From the NCBI GenBank assembly GCA_964388035.1, contig CAYLZE010000103.1, positions 1 through 18,659 on the forward strand: a DNA stretch of 18,659 bases. Direction: 5' to 3'. Below the pieces are notes generated by a model. It was not told the origin of the DNA. It did not search any database and saw only the letters and a program-made list of their open reading frames with translations. Position 1 is the first letter of the stretch, and each line of letters begins with the position of its first letter. Made by a program: the position numbers and the translations under genes. Shown here one piece after another: positions 7,150-16,759 of this stretch. This stretch comes from an uncultured archaeon. Its GTDB lineage: Archaea; Asgardarchaeota; Lokiarchaeia; Sigyniarchaeales; SOKP01.

Positions 7150-8283
7150 TTAAAGCAATTGCTTGTAAATATTTATAATTTGGTTCGTAACATGTTCCCA
7201 AGAATACTTTTTCTCGATGAGATCCCTTCCTTTAATGCCATATTGTTTTAACTGATCATCATTATTTATTAAATCTATTATTTTTGAAAATTTATTACTT
7301 AAATGATGATCATTTAACAAAATACCGTTTATTCCGTCTTGAATAATCTCCGAAATTCCACCTACATTTGTAGATATTACGGGAGTTTCACACGACAAAC
7401 TTTCTAAAATTGTTGTTGGAACGCCTTCAAATCGAGATGTTAAAATCAGTAATTTGCTTTGGTTATATATATTTTTCATCCGGTTATATGGGTAATGAGG
7501 ATAATAGGTTATTGGCAAGGATTTTCTCGCATCTTCGACTAATTTTCTTAAAGGCCCATCCCCTACAATTAAAAATTTTAGATCATGGTTTTTTGCATAA
7601 AGTTTTTTGATCAATCTAATGAAAAGGTCAAAGCCTTTAACATATGTTAGTCTTCCTATAAAAGTTAAATATTCTCTTTTAATATTCTCTTCAAACTTAA
7701 ACTTTTCAATACTCACACCATTAGGAACATGATATAAATATGGTTTTGAAATGTTAAAATTCTCTTGTAGAAACTTTAAATCTTTCAAGGAAACAGAAAT
7801 AATGGCATCAGCTTTATCGACTGTAAATCTTCCAATAAATCTATCAAATAGGGACTTTTTTATTATTAACTGAAAGTGCTCAATTAGATTTGCCTTCAAA
7901 TGGGGAGATGTTTGGACACCTCCATGTAAGTGAAGAATGTAAGGAAAATTTCTAAGTTTCCTAAATAACGCAACTTGTAAAGATGTGAAAAAGATATAGG
8001 AATGAGCATGGATGATATCATAATTTTGATAATTGCGTTTTAAAAATGAATATACGTTAACTAAAGGATTTTTACTCCAAATATTATAGTAATATTTCTT
8101 GTAAATCACGTTTACATCTTCGTTTAACTCTGTTTTCTTCACAGCTCTTCCAAAATAATCTGCCGTTAAAATATCTGATTGAATATTATCAAATTTTGAG
8201 AGATTTAATGCTAAATTTTTACAAAAGATCTCTGACCCTCCCATATGTTCGGGAGGATAAGGATTTACATGGAGTATTTTCAT
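7150..8283 (-). CDS. Glycosyltransferase family 4 (GT-B fold)
   Basis: MKILHVNPYPPEHMGGSE, YDIIHAHS, VPNGV, FIGRLTYVKG, IVGDGPLR, EX7E motif EGVPTTILE, VISTNVGGISEII. Confidence 0.92.
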   Translation of the reverse strand: MKILHVNPYPPEHMGGSEIFCKNLALNLSKFDNIQSDILTADYFGRAVKKTELNEDVNVIYKKYYYNIWSKNPLVNVYSFLKRNYQNYDIIHAHSYIFFTSLQVALFRKLRNFPYILHLHGGVQTSPHLKANLIEHFQLIIKKSLFDRFIGRFTVDKADAIISVSLKDLKFLQENFNISKPYLYHVPNGVSIEKFKFEENIKREYLTFIGRLTYVKGFDLFIRLIKKLYAKNHDLKFLIVGDGPLRKLVEDARKSLPITYYPHYPYNRMKNIYNQSKLLILTSRFEGVPTTILESLSCETPVISTNVGGISEIIQDGINGILLNDHHLSNKFSKIIDLINNDDQLKQYGIKGRDLIEKKYSWEHVTNQIINIYKQLL

Positions 8284-8568
8284 TACAATTTTAAATTATA
8301 GTTGGTTTAATTGTTAAGCAGATTGGATAAGAAGGTTATTTATTTAAATTGAATTGAACATTTAACTTTAATTTTTTCTGTAATTTTATGCTATTTCTTA
8401 AAGAAGATCTGCGATTTATTAAATTAAAAGGACAGCTTTTTAGAAAGATTATAATTTAAATCTTTAAATACATGACTTCTTAAATTTCTTATTAGAATTG
8501 AAATTTATTCATAGGTATATAAAAAGGACGTTTATTTTCATCTGAATGAACAAGTAAAGTATAACTTC

Positions 8569-9693
8569 TTAGTTTTTGATATTCTCAATTATTTCAATCC
8601 ATTCTTTAAAAATTCGTTCTTGATTGAAGAATTGAATCCTCTCAAGTGATAATGTTGAGTATTTTTTAAGAAGACTTGGATTTTGTGCTAACAATATCAT
8701 GTTCTTTGCCAAGTCATCAATATCTCCTACTTTAACTAAAAGGCCATATTTATCATTTTCCAATATTTCTCTTGGCCCTGTAGGACAATCAGTCGAAATG
8801 ATGGGAAGCCCACAGGCTAAGGCTTCCAATAAAACCATTGGAAATCCTTCATGAATCGAAGATAAAACAAAAATATCTGATTTGGATAAGTATTTATAAG
8901 GATTTTTTTTCTTTCCCAAAAGTAAAATATCCTTTTGTAAATTTTTTTCTTTAATGAGGGCATTGAATTTTTCTTTTAAAGGGCCCTCCCCTATAATAAT
9001 TAATTTCGAATTGGGAACTTCTCTTTTAACTTCTTGAAATGCTTTTATTAAATGGATTTGCCCCTTTTCTCCACTTAACCGACCAATAGTGATGAATTTA
9101 ATCAAAGATCCATTCTTAAAGATCTCCGGATGATCGGAAACTTCTTGATCCCTTATCATCTCTAATTGTCTTAATTCAACTGCGTTATATATGGGCTTTA
9201 TTTTTTTGGGATTTATATGATAATCATTTACTAAAATGTATTTGATTTCTCGAGAAACCGTTATTATTTTGTTCACACGGTTTAAATTGTAAAGTATTTT
9301 TATCAAATAATTAATATAACGATTTTCTTTCAGGTAAGCCATTTTTGGATTTCCCCGTATGGAAATAATTAAGGGAAGATCGAGATGAAACAAATAATCA
9401 ACGAAAATTGATAATAAATTAACATGATCCATGAAAGATAATATAACTTCAGGTGAAATTTTTTTTATCATTCTATACATTTTTACTGGGCGAAAAATCT
9501 TGCGCCAAGAATATAATGGTTCATTTAGGGAGAAAAAATATCCTTTAAATGAGTAATGATTCTTTACATTATGGAAAGTTAAAATAAATACTTTATATAG
9601 CGTAGATAACTCCGCGGATAAATTTGAAACGACTCTTTCTGCCCCTCCACCTATTTCCAATGAAGGGATGATAAATAGTATCCTCTTTTTCAT
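8569..9693 (-). CDS. Glycosyltransferase family 4 (PglJ/WabH-like subgroup)
   Basis: ILFIIPSLEIGGGAERV, IYNAV, IGRLSGEKG, IIGEGPL, NPYKY, EGFPMVLLEALACGLPIISTDCPTGPREIL. Start taken as ATG 9693 (MKKRILF); the ORF track uses TTG 9705. Confidence 0.92.
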   Translation of the reverse strand: MKKRILFIIPSLEIGGGAERVVSNLSAELSTLYKVFILTFHNVKNHYSFKGYFFSLNEPLYSWRKIFRPVKMYRMIKKISPEVILSFMDHVNLLSIFVDYLFHLDLPLIISIRGNPKMAYLKENRYINYLIKILYNLNRVNKIITVSREIKYILVNDYHINPKKIKPIYNAVELRQLEMIRDQEVSDHPEIFKNGSLIKFITIGRLSGEKGQIHLIKAFQEVKREVPNSKLIIIGEGPLKEKFNALIKEKNLQKDILLLGKKKNPYKYLSKSDIFVLSSIHEGFPMVLLEALACGLPIISTDCPTGPREILENDKYGLLVKVGDIDDLAKNMILLAQNPSLLKKYSTLSLERIQFFNQERIFKEWIEIIENIKN

Positions 9694-9772
9694 GTAATTG
9701 ATCAATATCGTTTTAAATAATTTTACTCATATTCAAAATTATGTTAGCAATTATTTATAATTCTTCTATTAA

Positions 9773-10951
9773 TTAGTTCTCTATGATGATCTGCTTGTAT
9801 AACATTTGAATTTTTTTATTTAAAATCTCTTCTAAATTGAATTTATCTACAATTTTCTCTCTTGCATTCTTACCTAATTTTTGTTGAAATTTTTGATCAG
9901 ATAATATTTTCATGATTAGCTTAGAAAGCTCAACATTATCTCCTGTTTTAAATAGCAATCCATTATATTCATGGTCAATTAAGTTGCGAATTGCTCCCAC
10001 ATCGCTAGCAATACAAGGCATTTCAAGAGCCATGGCTTCCATCAGACTATTTGGCATTCCTTCTGAATATGAAGTCATTATAAAAACTTTTGCTTCTTGA
10101 AATTGCCTTTTAAGATTTTCTCTGTTTTTTATAAAACCTTTAAACGTAAAATATTGATCAATATCATCTGATATCATCTGCTTTAATAATGGTAAATCAT
10201 ACTTACCCAAAACTGCAACTTTTAAATCGATTCCTTTCTCTTTCTTTAAATGTGTTAATGCATCATAAAAAGTTTTAATTCCCTTATTAATAATATGAGA
10301 TACATCAAAGAGGTTTCCAACAAAAATAAGATCATATTTATTCTCGATTTCTTTTTTAAAACATGGTTTCCAAAATTTAATATTAATTCCATTTGGTAAG
10401 TAAAATACTCTTTTATGTCTAAATAAAAAATCAGGTAACATTGATTTTTGCTTGTAATTATCAATCATATTAGCAGCATTTGTTATTATGAAATGAGAAA
10501 CTAAAAGAGAGGAATCTACAAGACATTGATTGAATCGGGACAAATATCCTTCAGGTCCCCTCAAATTAATTGTAGCTCTACTTCTGAAAATTTTTGAAAG
10601 TATTAGAACAATGGTTGCAAAAAGAGAAGGTTGATAGATATTAACAAGATCATACTTTTTTTTCACTAAAACAAATGATACATAAAAAATCGTTGAGAAG
10701 GAATTGAAAAGAAGGGCAATTAAACCCATAAAAGAAGAAATCAACAAGTTTCGTTTTTTATAATTAGACTTTAAAAAAAATTCAGGTATAAGATATATCT
10801 TGACACCTTCAAGTGAAACATTATGTCTCGAGGGAAGAATTAAAGTGAGATCATGTTCTTTCTTAAGGCCTTGGATGATTTGATATAATTGTTTTTCCAT
10901 GCCTCCCGAATCTCTAGGTAGGAAATTTAGAGAATAGAAAAGTAATTTCAT
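9773..10951 (-). CDS. Glycosyltransferase family 4 (GT-B fold)
   Basis: MKLLFYS...SGGME, LPNGIN, FVGNL...NKG, EGMPNSLMEAMALEMPCIASDVGAI. Start taken as ATG 10951, with SD-like GGACGTG 6 nt upstream; the ORF track uses GTG 10966. Confidence 0.9.
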   Translation of the reverse strand: MKLLFYSLNFLPRDSGGMEKQLYQIIQGLKKEHDLTLILPSRHNVSLEGVKIYLIPEFFLKSNYKKRNLLISSFMGLIALLFNSFSTIFYVSFVLVKKKYDLVNIYQPSLFATIVLILSKIFRSRATINLRGPEGYLSRFNQCLVDSSLLVSHFIITNAANMIDNYKQKSMLPDFLFRHKRVFYLPNGINIKFWKPCFKKEIENKYDLIFVGNLFDVSHIINKGIKTFYDALTHLKKEKGIDLKVAVLGKYDLPLLKQMISDDIDQYFTFKGFIKNRENLKRQFQEAKVFIMTSYSEGMPNSLMEAMALEMPCIASDVGAIRNLIDHEYNGLLFKTGDNVELSKLIMKILSDQKFQQKLGKNAREKIVDKFNLEEILNKKIQMLYKQIIIEN

Positions 10952-10969
10952 TTCTAACACGTCCACACA

Positions 10970-12817
10970 TTAATAATTATTTATAGGGTGTAAACCATCC
11001 GCTTCCATGAAGGTTTCATACCATAATTCAAACATTAATAAATTCCACGCTCTATTGACATGCAATATGTTATTCGTATTTTTTTTAATAAATTTGATGT
11101 ACTTATACTTTATGATCTCTTCTCTTCTTGATAATCTATCAAATATTTCATTTGAGAGATTTTTCAATCCTGTTCTAAGCCAAAAGTTCACAGGAGTATT
11201 AAAACCCATTTTTTTTCTTTTCAATATCTCTGGAGGCAATAGATCTTTTACAGCTAAACGGAGTATGTATTTTTCAATAGAATTATGGATTTTATATTTT
11301 GGGGGTATTTTTGTAGCCCAACTTACCAATTTCCAATCAAGAAAAGGAACTCTCGGTTCAAGTGACGCAGCCATGCTCATTTTGTCTATCTTCATGTTGT
11401 ATTGGCTCGGAAGTTGATATTTTAAATCCCAATTTAAAGTTTGATTTATAAAACTAAGTTTGTTATTAAACTTACTCTTTAAGACATTCTTAATAGATTT
11501 TGTTTTAAAGGATAAAAGTAACGGCTTTTCCTCATCGGTGATATAAATTATTTCTCTTAAAAAGCGTTCCAATTCTGAATAAGAGGATTTTAAGTAAGAA
11601 TTTATCATTTTTAATCGAATTGAAGGTAAAACTTCGGAAATATTCGAAAAAGCTGAGATAAAGGGCTTAGGGAGAAGTTTAAGATAATTATTTTTCGGAT
11701 TTAAATAATAAATAGAATATCCTGCAAATACTTCGTCAGCACCATCCCCTGTAAGCGCTACCGTCATTCGCTCCCGGGCGTTTTTAGCCATTAAGTACAC
11801 GGGAATAAAAGCCGCATCAGAAATTAAATCATCTAAGTGCCAAATTAAATTTGATACTAGCGAGATATCGGGAGATTTGACCAAAATTTGCTTGTGATCA
11901 GTATTATAATAATCTGCCATGAATTTTGAATAATATGTTTCATTAACTGGAGCACCCTCTTCAAATCCAATAGAAAACGTCTTGACGGGATCTTTCATTA
12001 ATTTCGACATGATTGCGACAATTGAAGAGGAGTCTATTCCTCCCGATAAAAATGCTCCGAGGGGTACATCACTGATCAATCGAATCTTAACACTTTCTTC
12101 CAATAAATCTCTTAAAGATTTAGTTAATAAAGATAAAGAACCATTATTCTCCGGTTCGAAAGTAATATCCCAATATTTGTTTAGCATTAAACCATGAGTT
12201 TTTAGATCAAAAATCATGTAATGAGCGGGAGGACATTTTTTAACTTTTTTTATCAATGTACGGTCAAATGGAGTATATCTTAGGGATAAATACAAGTTAA
12301 GAGCTATTTTATCCAATTCTTTTCCGATATCATGACATAAAATTGCTTTTATTTCAGATCCAAAGATAAATTTGTCATTATCTAAATAATAATACAAGGG
12401 TTTTAATCCGATATGATCCCTTGCAAGGAATAATACCTTTTTTCTCATATCATAAATGCAGAAAGCAAACGGACCTTGAAATTTTCTTACACAATCGAAA
12501 CTCCATTCTTCATACGAATGTATTATAACTTCGGTATCTGAAGTCGTATAAAAATGATGTCCTTTTTGAATTAATTCTTCTTTTAATTTCATAAAATTAT
12601 AAATTTCCCCGTTAAAAACTATCCATATATCTCCTTCTTCATTGTGTTGAGGTTGGTGTCCTGTTTTTAAATCGATTATTGATAATCTTCTCATTCCAAT
12701 TGAAACGAATTCATCTATTAAATAACCTTCATCATCTGGACCCCGATGCTTTATCGTTTCACACATTTTCTTTAATAATTCTCGATCTTCAGAGTTAAAT
12801 CCACATATACCGCACAT
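10970..12817 (-). CDS. asnB: Asparagine synthase (glutamine-hydrolysing) family amidotransferase, probably acting on a glycan
   Basis: N-terminal MCGICG (Ntn nucleophile Cys), HRGPDDEG, RRLSIIDL, FNGEIYNF, SDTEVI, ARDHIGLKPLYY, PP-loop LSGGIDSS, TGDGADEVFAGY, EPRVPFLD, RKKMGF. Confidence 0.95.
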   Translation of the reverse strand: MCGICGFNSEDRELLKKMCETIKHRGPDDEGYLIDEFVSIGMRRLSIIDLKTGHQPQHNEEGDIWIVFNGEIYNFMKLKEELIQKGHHFYTTSDTEVIIHSYEEWSFDCVRKFQGPFAFCIYDMRKKVLFLARDHIGLKPLYYYLDNDKFIFGSEIKAILCHDIGKELDKIALNLYLSLRYTPFDRTLIKKVKKCPPAHYMIFDLKTHGLMLNKYWDITFEPENNGSLSLLTKSLRDLLEESVKIRLISDVPLGAFLSGGIDSSSIVAIMSKLMKDPVKTFSIGFEEGAPVNETYYSKFMADYYNTDHKQILVKSPDISLVSNLIWHLDDLISDAAFIPVYLMAKNARERMTVALTGDGADEVFAGYSIYYLNPKNNYLKLLPKPFISAFSNISEVLPSIRLKMINSYLKSSYSELERFLREIIYITDEEKPLLLSFKTKSIKNVLKSKFNNKLSFINQTLNWDLKYQLPSQYNMKIDKMSMAASLEPRVPFLDWKLVSWATKIPPKYKIHNSIEKYILRLAVKDLLPPEILKRKKMGFNTPVNFWLRTGLKNLSNEIFDRLSRREEIIKYKYIKFIKKNTNNILHVNRAWNLLMFELWYETFMEADGLHPINNY

Positions 12818-12900
12818 GCTGCATTTTTTATTAATTAATTATAATTCTAATTTAAGCTGGGAAAATCATTTACTCTTTCATTGATAAATTTGGTAATTAA

Positions 12901-14412
12901 TTATCGCTTTTTTTTGAATTCTTCTTTTATTGAATTCTTGTAAATATTATATTTGAATAAATCCATAAATTTTTTGATATCCTCCTTTTTCAATTGTTTA
13001 AACAAAAATAAACTGCAAACAAAAATAAAGAATTGAATTAGACCTATTAATACGATTATTAATAAAGTATTCATTTTAACCATGATAAATAATTGTTTTA
13101 TTAAGAAACTTACAAAAAATGAAACTAATGCCAAGGGAATATGAATAAAGATGGTCCCCTTTAAGGGGATTTGAAAATGTTTATAGACATAATATCTATT
13201 AAGAATGGTCCAAAGTATCCATGGAAGTGTTTGCGCCAGGGCATACCCTATTGCCCCTAAATTTAATCCCGGAAAAATCAGAAACTTATCAGGAATAAGG
13301 AATATCATTAAAAAAATGATTAATATTGAGTTTATTGAGCTAATTATTGCATTTAATTTTTGTTTCTTCCCCGATACCAATATATAAGGATAATGTCGTG
13401 AAATACCCACGATATAAGGGATGAAAATCATGATATATAAAATTTCGATAGCCCCAACGTAATTAGGCAAGAAAAGCTCAAAGACTTCCCTTCCAATTGA
13501 ATATACCAAGGAAATTATGAAAAGAAATAGGATAGAGAAGTACTTCTCTAATACACGAGATATTGACTTGATTGAAGTAATATCATTATTTTCGAAAAAC
13601 TTGGAGAAAAAAGAGAAATATACTGTAATTACACTTCCTGAAATCAGTAATAAAACGGGAATGATGAATGTATTTATAATACTAAAATTTGCTAAAGCCT
13701 CATAACCAAATGAATAATTTAAAATGATATCACCTAAATAAGTAGCAATTACTAAAATGATTGAATAAATTGCTAAAGATTTGACATCTTTAATATAATT
13801 TTCAGCTACTTTTCTAATTGGTTTCATGGTTTTAATTTCACTCTTACTCAAAAAAATTAAAATTATGAGGAAAAAAAAGTCAAATATGAAATTATTGAGG
13901 GCCAAGAATAGGATGGGATTATTAAATTCTGAAATATGTACGGATAAGAAAATAATGAATATACTCTTCAGACAAACAGTTAAAAAGCTGGGAATCTCTG
14001 CTTTGAACACTTTAATCTTTGCTCTAAGATGCACCAAAAAAGTATTAGCATAATAGGAAAAAACTTTGGACATTAAGAGAATAAGAATGAAAATTATGAT
14101 GGTTTCATTCCATAAGTTCAAGAAAGTAGTTATCAAAAAAGAGATCAATAAATTGAGTAATAATAAGATTGATTTCAAAAAAAAGTATGTACCAAAATAA
14201 TTGGAAAACTCATTTTTTCCGGAGTATTGATAATGAAGAATATCAAAGCCAATATCGATGAATAAAAAACCTAAATTTACTATACTATTCAAAAATACCC
14301 ATAATCCTAATAAAATAACCTCTAAATGCAGTACTAATAAATAGCTGCTTATTATGTAGATTATATTGGAACTGATATTGAATACAAAAGTAAAAAGAAA
14401 CTTCTCCTTCAT
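12901..14412 (-). CDS. Oligosaccharide flippase (Wzx/RfbX-like, MOP superfamily)
   Basis: 503 aa, strongly hydrophobic with roughly 14 putative TM segments. Has FIDIGF, LGDIILNYSFGYEALANFS, SGKKQK and LIP...LGAIGYALA features of Wzx/MOP exporters. Embedded among glycosyltransferases. Confidence 0.82.
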   Translation of the reverse strand: MKEKFLFTFVFNISSNIIYIISSYLLVLHLEVILLGLWVFLNSIVNLGFLFIDIGFDILHYQYSGKNEFSNYFGTYFFLKSILLLLNLLISFLITTFLNLWNETIIIFILILLMSKVFSYYANTFLVHLRAKIKVFKAEIPSFLTVCLKSIFIIFLSVHISEFNNPILFLALNNFIFDFFFLIILIFLSKSEIKTMKPIRKVAENYIKDVKSLAIYSIILVIATYLGDIILNYSFGYEALANFSIINTFIIPVLLLISGSVITVYFSFFSKFFENNDITSIKSISRVLEKYFSILFLFIISLVYSIGREVFELFLPNYVGAIEILYIMIFIPYIVGISRHYPYILVSGKKQKLNAIISSINSILIIFLMIFLIPDKFLIFPGLNLGAIGYALAQTLPWILWTILNRYYVYKHFQIPLKGTIFIHIPLALVSFFVSFLIKQLFIMVKMNTLLIIVLIGLIQFFIFVCSLFLFKQLKKEDIKKFMDLFKYNIYKNSIKEEFKKKR

Positions 14413-14709
14413 TACTTTTCAGACTTTTTCGATAAATATAATTTTAATTATGATTCAAGATAGAGATAATAAATAATTCACCACATTTTAATACTGCAAA
14501 AGAAAACGATCAGTTTTTAAGTAAAAGTATAAACGATTGTTTTTTTCAGAAAAGAGAAATCATGTTTTGTATTTAGTATACCGATATTACTAAATTTCAA
14601 ATAAAAACCAAGTTGGTAAGATTTAATTCAGTTTTTTAATTGCTCTCTATATATAATTAATAATTGTTATTTCAACAGAAATTTCATTGAAAATATAGCA
14701 ACTATTAGA

Positions 14710-15855
14710 ATGTGTGCTTTACATAATAAAAAGAAGATTTTGTTCATTATTCCTTCTTTGGCAAGAGGGGGAGGAGCAGAAAGAGTTGCTTCAGAATTAT
14801 CTAAAAGATTGTCAAGAAAGTATGAGTTATGTGCCCTAACCTTTACTAACGTTAATGATTTTTATTCATTTGATGGAGATGTCTATTCCCTATCTGAAAA
14901 TTATAGTTTTCCGGAGAAATATATTCATTTTCTCAAAAGAACTATCAAAATATATAAAATAATAACATATATTTCACCAGATCTTATTATCTCCTTCATG
15001 GAAATTGCCAATACTTTTTCAATTTTAACAAAAGTAGTGTTTCAGCTAAAAATTCCTTTAATTATTTCGGTCCATTGCAATCCAGAAATAGTGTATCAAC
15101 AAGACATGAAGTATTTTAAAATTCTAATACGTCTTTTTTATCCTCTTAAAGTAGTTTATAAAATAATTACTATTTCCTATGAAGTTTCAACTATTCTTGT
15201 CTCGAGGTTTAACTTAGCTCAAGATAAAATCATTACTATACATAATGGAATTGATATCAAGCAGATTTCCCATTTAAAAGAAAAGAGATTGGATAAATAC
15301 CAAAATATTTTTAATGATAATAATCTGTTAAAATATATTACTATTGGTCGATTAGAAGAACTTAAGGGGCATGCATCCTTAATTGAAGCATTTTATGATG
15401 TAAAAAAGAAAATCCCTAATTCTAAATTGATTATTATTGGTGAAGGTTCCTTAAAAAGGCTTCTAAAAGAGCAAATAGAAAAACTTCAATTAAATAATGA
15501 TGTAATTTTAACAGGGTATATAAAAAATCCATTTAAATATATTAGCAAAGCCGATATTTTTGTATTATCCTCATATTATGAGGGCCTTCCCATGGTTTTA
15601 CTGGAAGCTCTAGCGTGTGAACTACCCATCATATCAACGGATTGCCCCACGGGACCACGAGAAATATTGGGTAATAATGAATTTGGAATTTTAGTGGGTG
15701 TAAAAAATCTGAGAGAGTTAACTATGCGGATGATTGAACTGGGAAATAACAAGGAATTAAGAATGTGGTTAAAAAAAAAATCTTTAATAAGAGCTAAAGC
15801 TTTTGATTATAAAATAGTAGAACAACAATGGATTAAATTAATTGAATCATCATGA
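14710..15855 (+). CDS. Glycosyltransferase family 4 (PglJ/WabH-like subgroup); paralog of 8569-9693
   Basis: ILFIIPSLARGGGAERV, IHNGID, IGRLEELKG, IIGEGSL, NPFKY, EGLPMVLLEALACELPIISTDCPTGPREIL. Confidence 0.92.
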   Translation: MCALHNKKKILFIIPSLARGGGAERVASELSKRLSRKYELCALTFTNVNDFYSFDGDVYSLSENYSFPEKYIHFLKRTIKIYKIITYISPDLIISFMEIANTFSILTKVVFQLKIPLIISVHCNPEIVYQQDMKYFKILIRLFYPLKVVYKIITISYEVSTILVSRFNLAQDKIITIHNGIDIKQISHLKEKRLDKYQNIFNDNNLLKYITIGRLEELKGHASLIEAFYDVKKKIPNSKLIIIGEGSLKRLLKEQIEKLQLNNDVILTGYIKNPFKYISKADIFVLSSYYEGLPMVLLEALACELPIISTDCPTGPREILGNNEFGILVGVKNLRELTMRMIELGNNKELRMWLKKKSLIRAKAFDYKIVEQQWIKLIESS

Positions 15856-15881
15856 ACTATTTCAGGATATAAATCGAAGGT

Positions 15882-16718
15882 GTGGCTAGTATTTCAGATT
15901 ATAACATTATCACAAAATCAATTAAAAAACCTCTAATTACATTTTCATTTGGTAAAAATTGGCAGGATTTTCTTAGAACAGTCAATATAAAAAAGGTAAA
16001 AATAGCAATGGATTCTTTAACTGAGTTCTTAGGAGATCTTGATGGGAAGAATATTATTGATATTGGAAGTGGCAGTGGTTTGTTTTCTTTTAGCATGTAT
16101 TTATTAGGTGCAAAAGAAATCACAAGCATGGATATTGATCCTTTTTCAATAAAATGTGCAAACTTCTTAAGAAGTAATATTAAGAACCAGACAAAATGGA
16201 AAATAATCCATGAATCCATTTTAAATAAGAAATTTATCTCACAATTAGGAAAATATGATATCGTATATTCCTGGGGTGTTTTACATCATACGGGTAAAAT
16301 GTGGGAGGCAATTAGAAATAGCGCAACTTTAGTTAGAAAAAATGGTTTATTTTATATCGCCATCTATAATAAAACTCGCTTTTCTGATTTTTGGTTAAAA
16401 ATTAAAATTTTTTATAATCTCCTTCCATTTATGGGAAAAGTTATGGTAGATTATGGATACTTTATCATATATTATTTATTATATCCCCTTTTTTTGATTG
16501 AAAATCCTTTCAGATTACTCAAAAGTTATCAAGATAATCGAGGCATGAATCCTATAATAGATATAAGAGATTGGTTAGGTGGATATCCTTTTGAGTATGC
16601 AACTTTTGACGAAATTGTAAATTACGTGAAAAAACTAAAAGGAAATTATGAATTAATTAAATACAAAAGATATCAAGGATCAACGAATAATTTATATCTC
16701 TTTAGACGCAATAATTAG
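15882..16718 (+). CDS. Class I SAM-dependent methyltransferase, probably modifying a glycan
   Basis: Motif I IIDIGSGSGLFS, acidic MDIDP, YDIVYSWGVLHHTG; also FSFGKNW and DWLGGYPFE. Lies 26 nt after a GT4 gene on the same strand. Start uncertain (GTG 15882 or ATT 15891). Confidence 0.85.
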   Translation: MASISDYNIITKSIKKPLITFSFGKNWQDFLRTVNIKKVKIAMDSLTEFLGDLDGKNIIDIGSGSGLFSFSMYLLGAKEITSMDIDPFSIKCANFLRSNIKNQTKWKIIHESILNKKFISQLGKYDIVYSWGVLHHTGKMWEAIRNSATLVRKNGLFYIAIYNKTRFSDFWLKIKIFYNLLPFMGKVMVDYGYFIIYYLLYPLFLIENPFRLLKSYQDNRGMNPIIDIRDWLGGYPFEYATFDEIVNYVKKLKGNYELIKYKRYQGSTNNLYLFRRNN

Positions 16719-16759
16719 TGTAATCTATTGAGTCTTAATTTGTAGATCTTAATTTATTA

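Noticed and set aside
8444-8465. Inverted repeat AAAGATT-N8-AATCTTT in a 285-nt spacer
   Set aside because: Seven-bp arms in very AT-rich DNA are expected by chance. I saw no second copy, and no convincing ncRNA or ORF in the spacer.
10949-10972. asnB and the downstream GT4 are in the same frame, separated by one TAA (possible readthrough fusion). An off-frame TAATG-coupled mini-ORF MCGRVRNEITFLFSKFPT echoes the asnB MCG start.
   Set aside because: Same frame occurs one time in three by chance, TAA is not a usual recoding codon, both proteins look complete, and the GT4 has its own SD-like GGACGTG before ATG 10951. That motif also accounts for part of the mini-ORF sequence.
9694-14709. Actively invertible (shufflon-like) segment between the inverted GT4 paralogs
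   Set aside because: The paralogs differ at many synonymous positions, with no long identical tract, and no recombinase is in the window.
4695-16219. Short ORFs 4695-4982, 5427-5696, 7410-7610, 9912-10100, 10255-10464, 11007-11417, 11982-12197, 13205-13387, 13517-13705, 13826-14053 and 15899-16219
   Set aside because: All overlap well-supported genes and have no recognisable features; treated as shadow ORFs.
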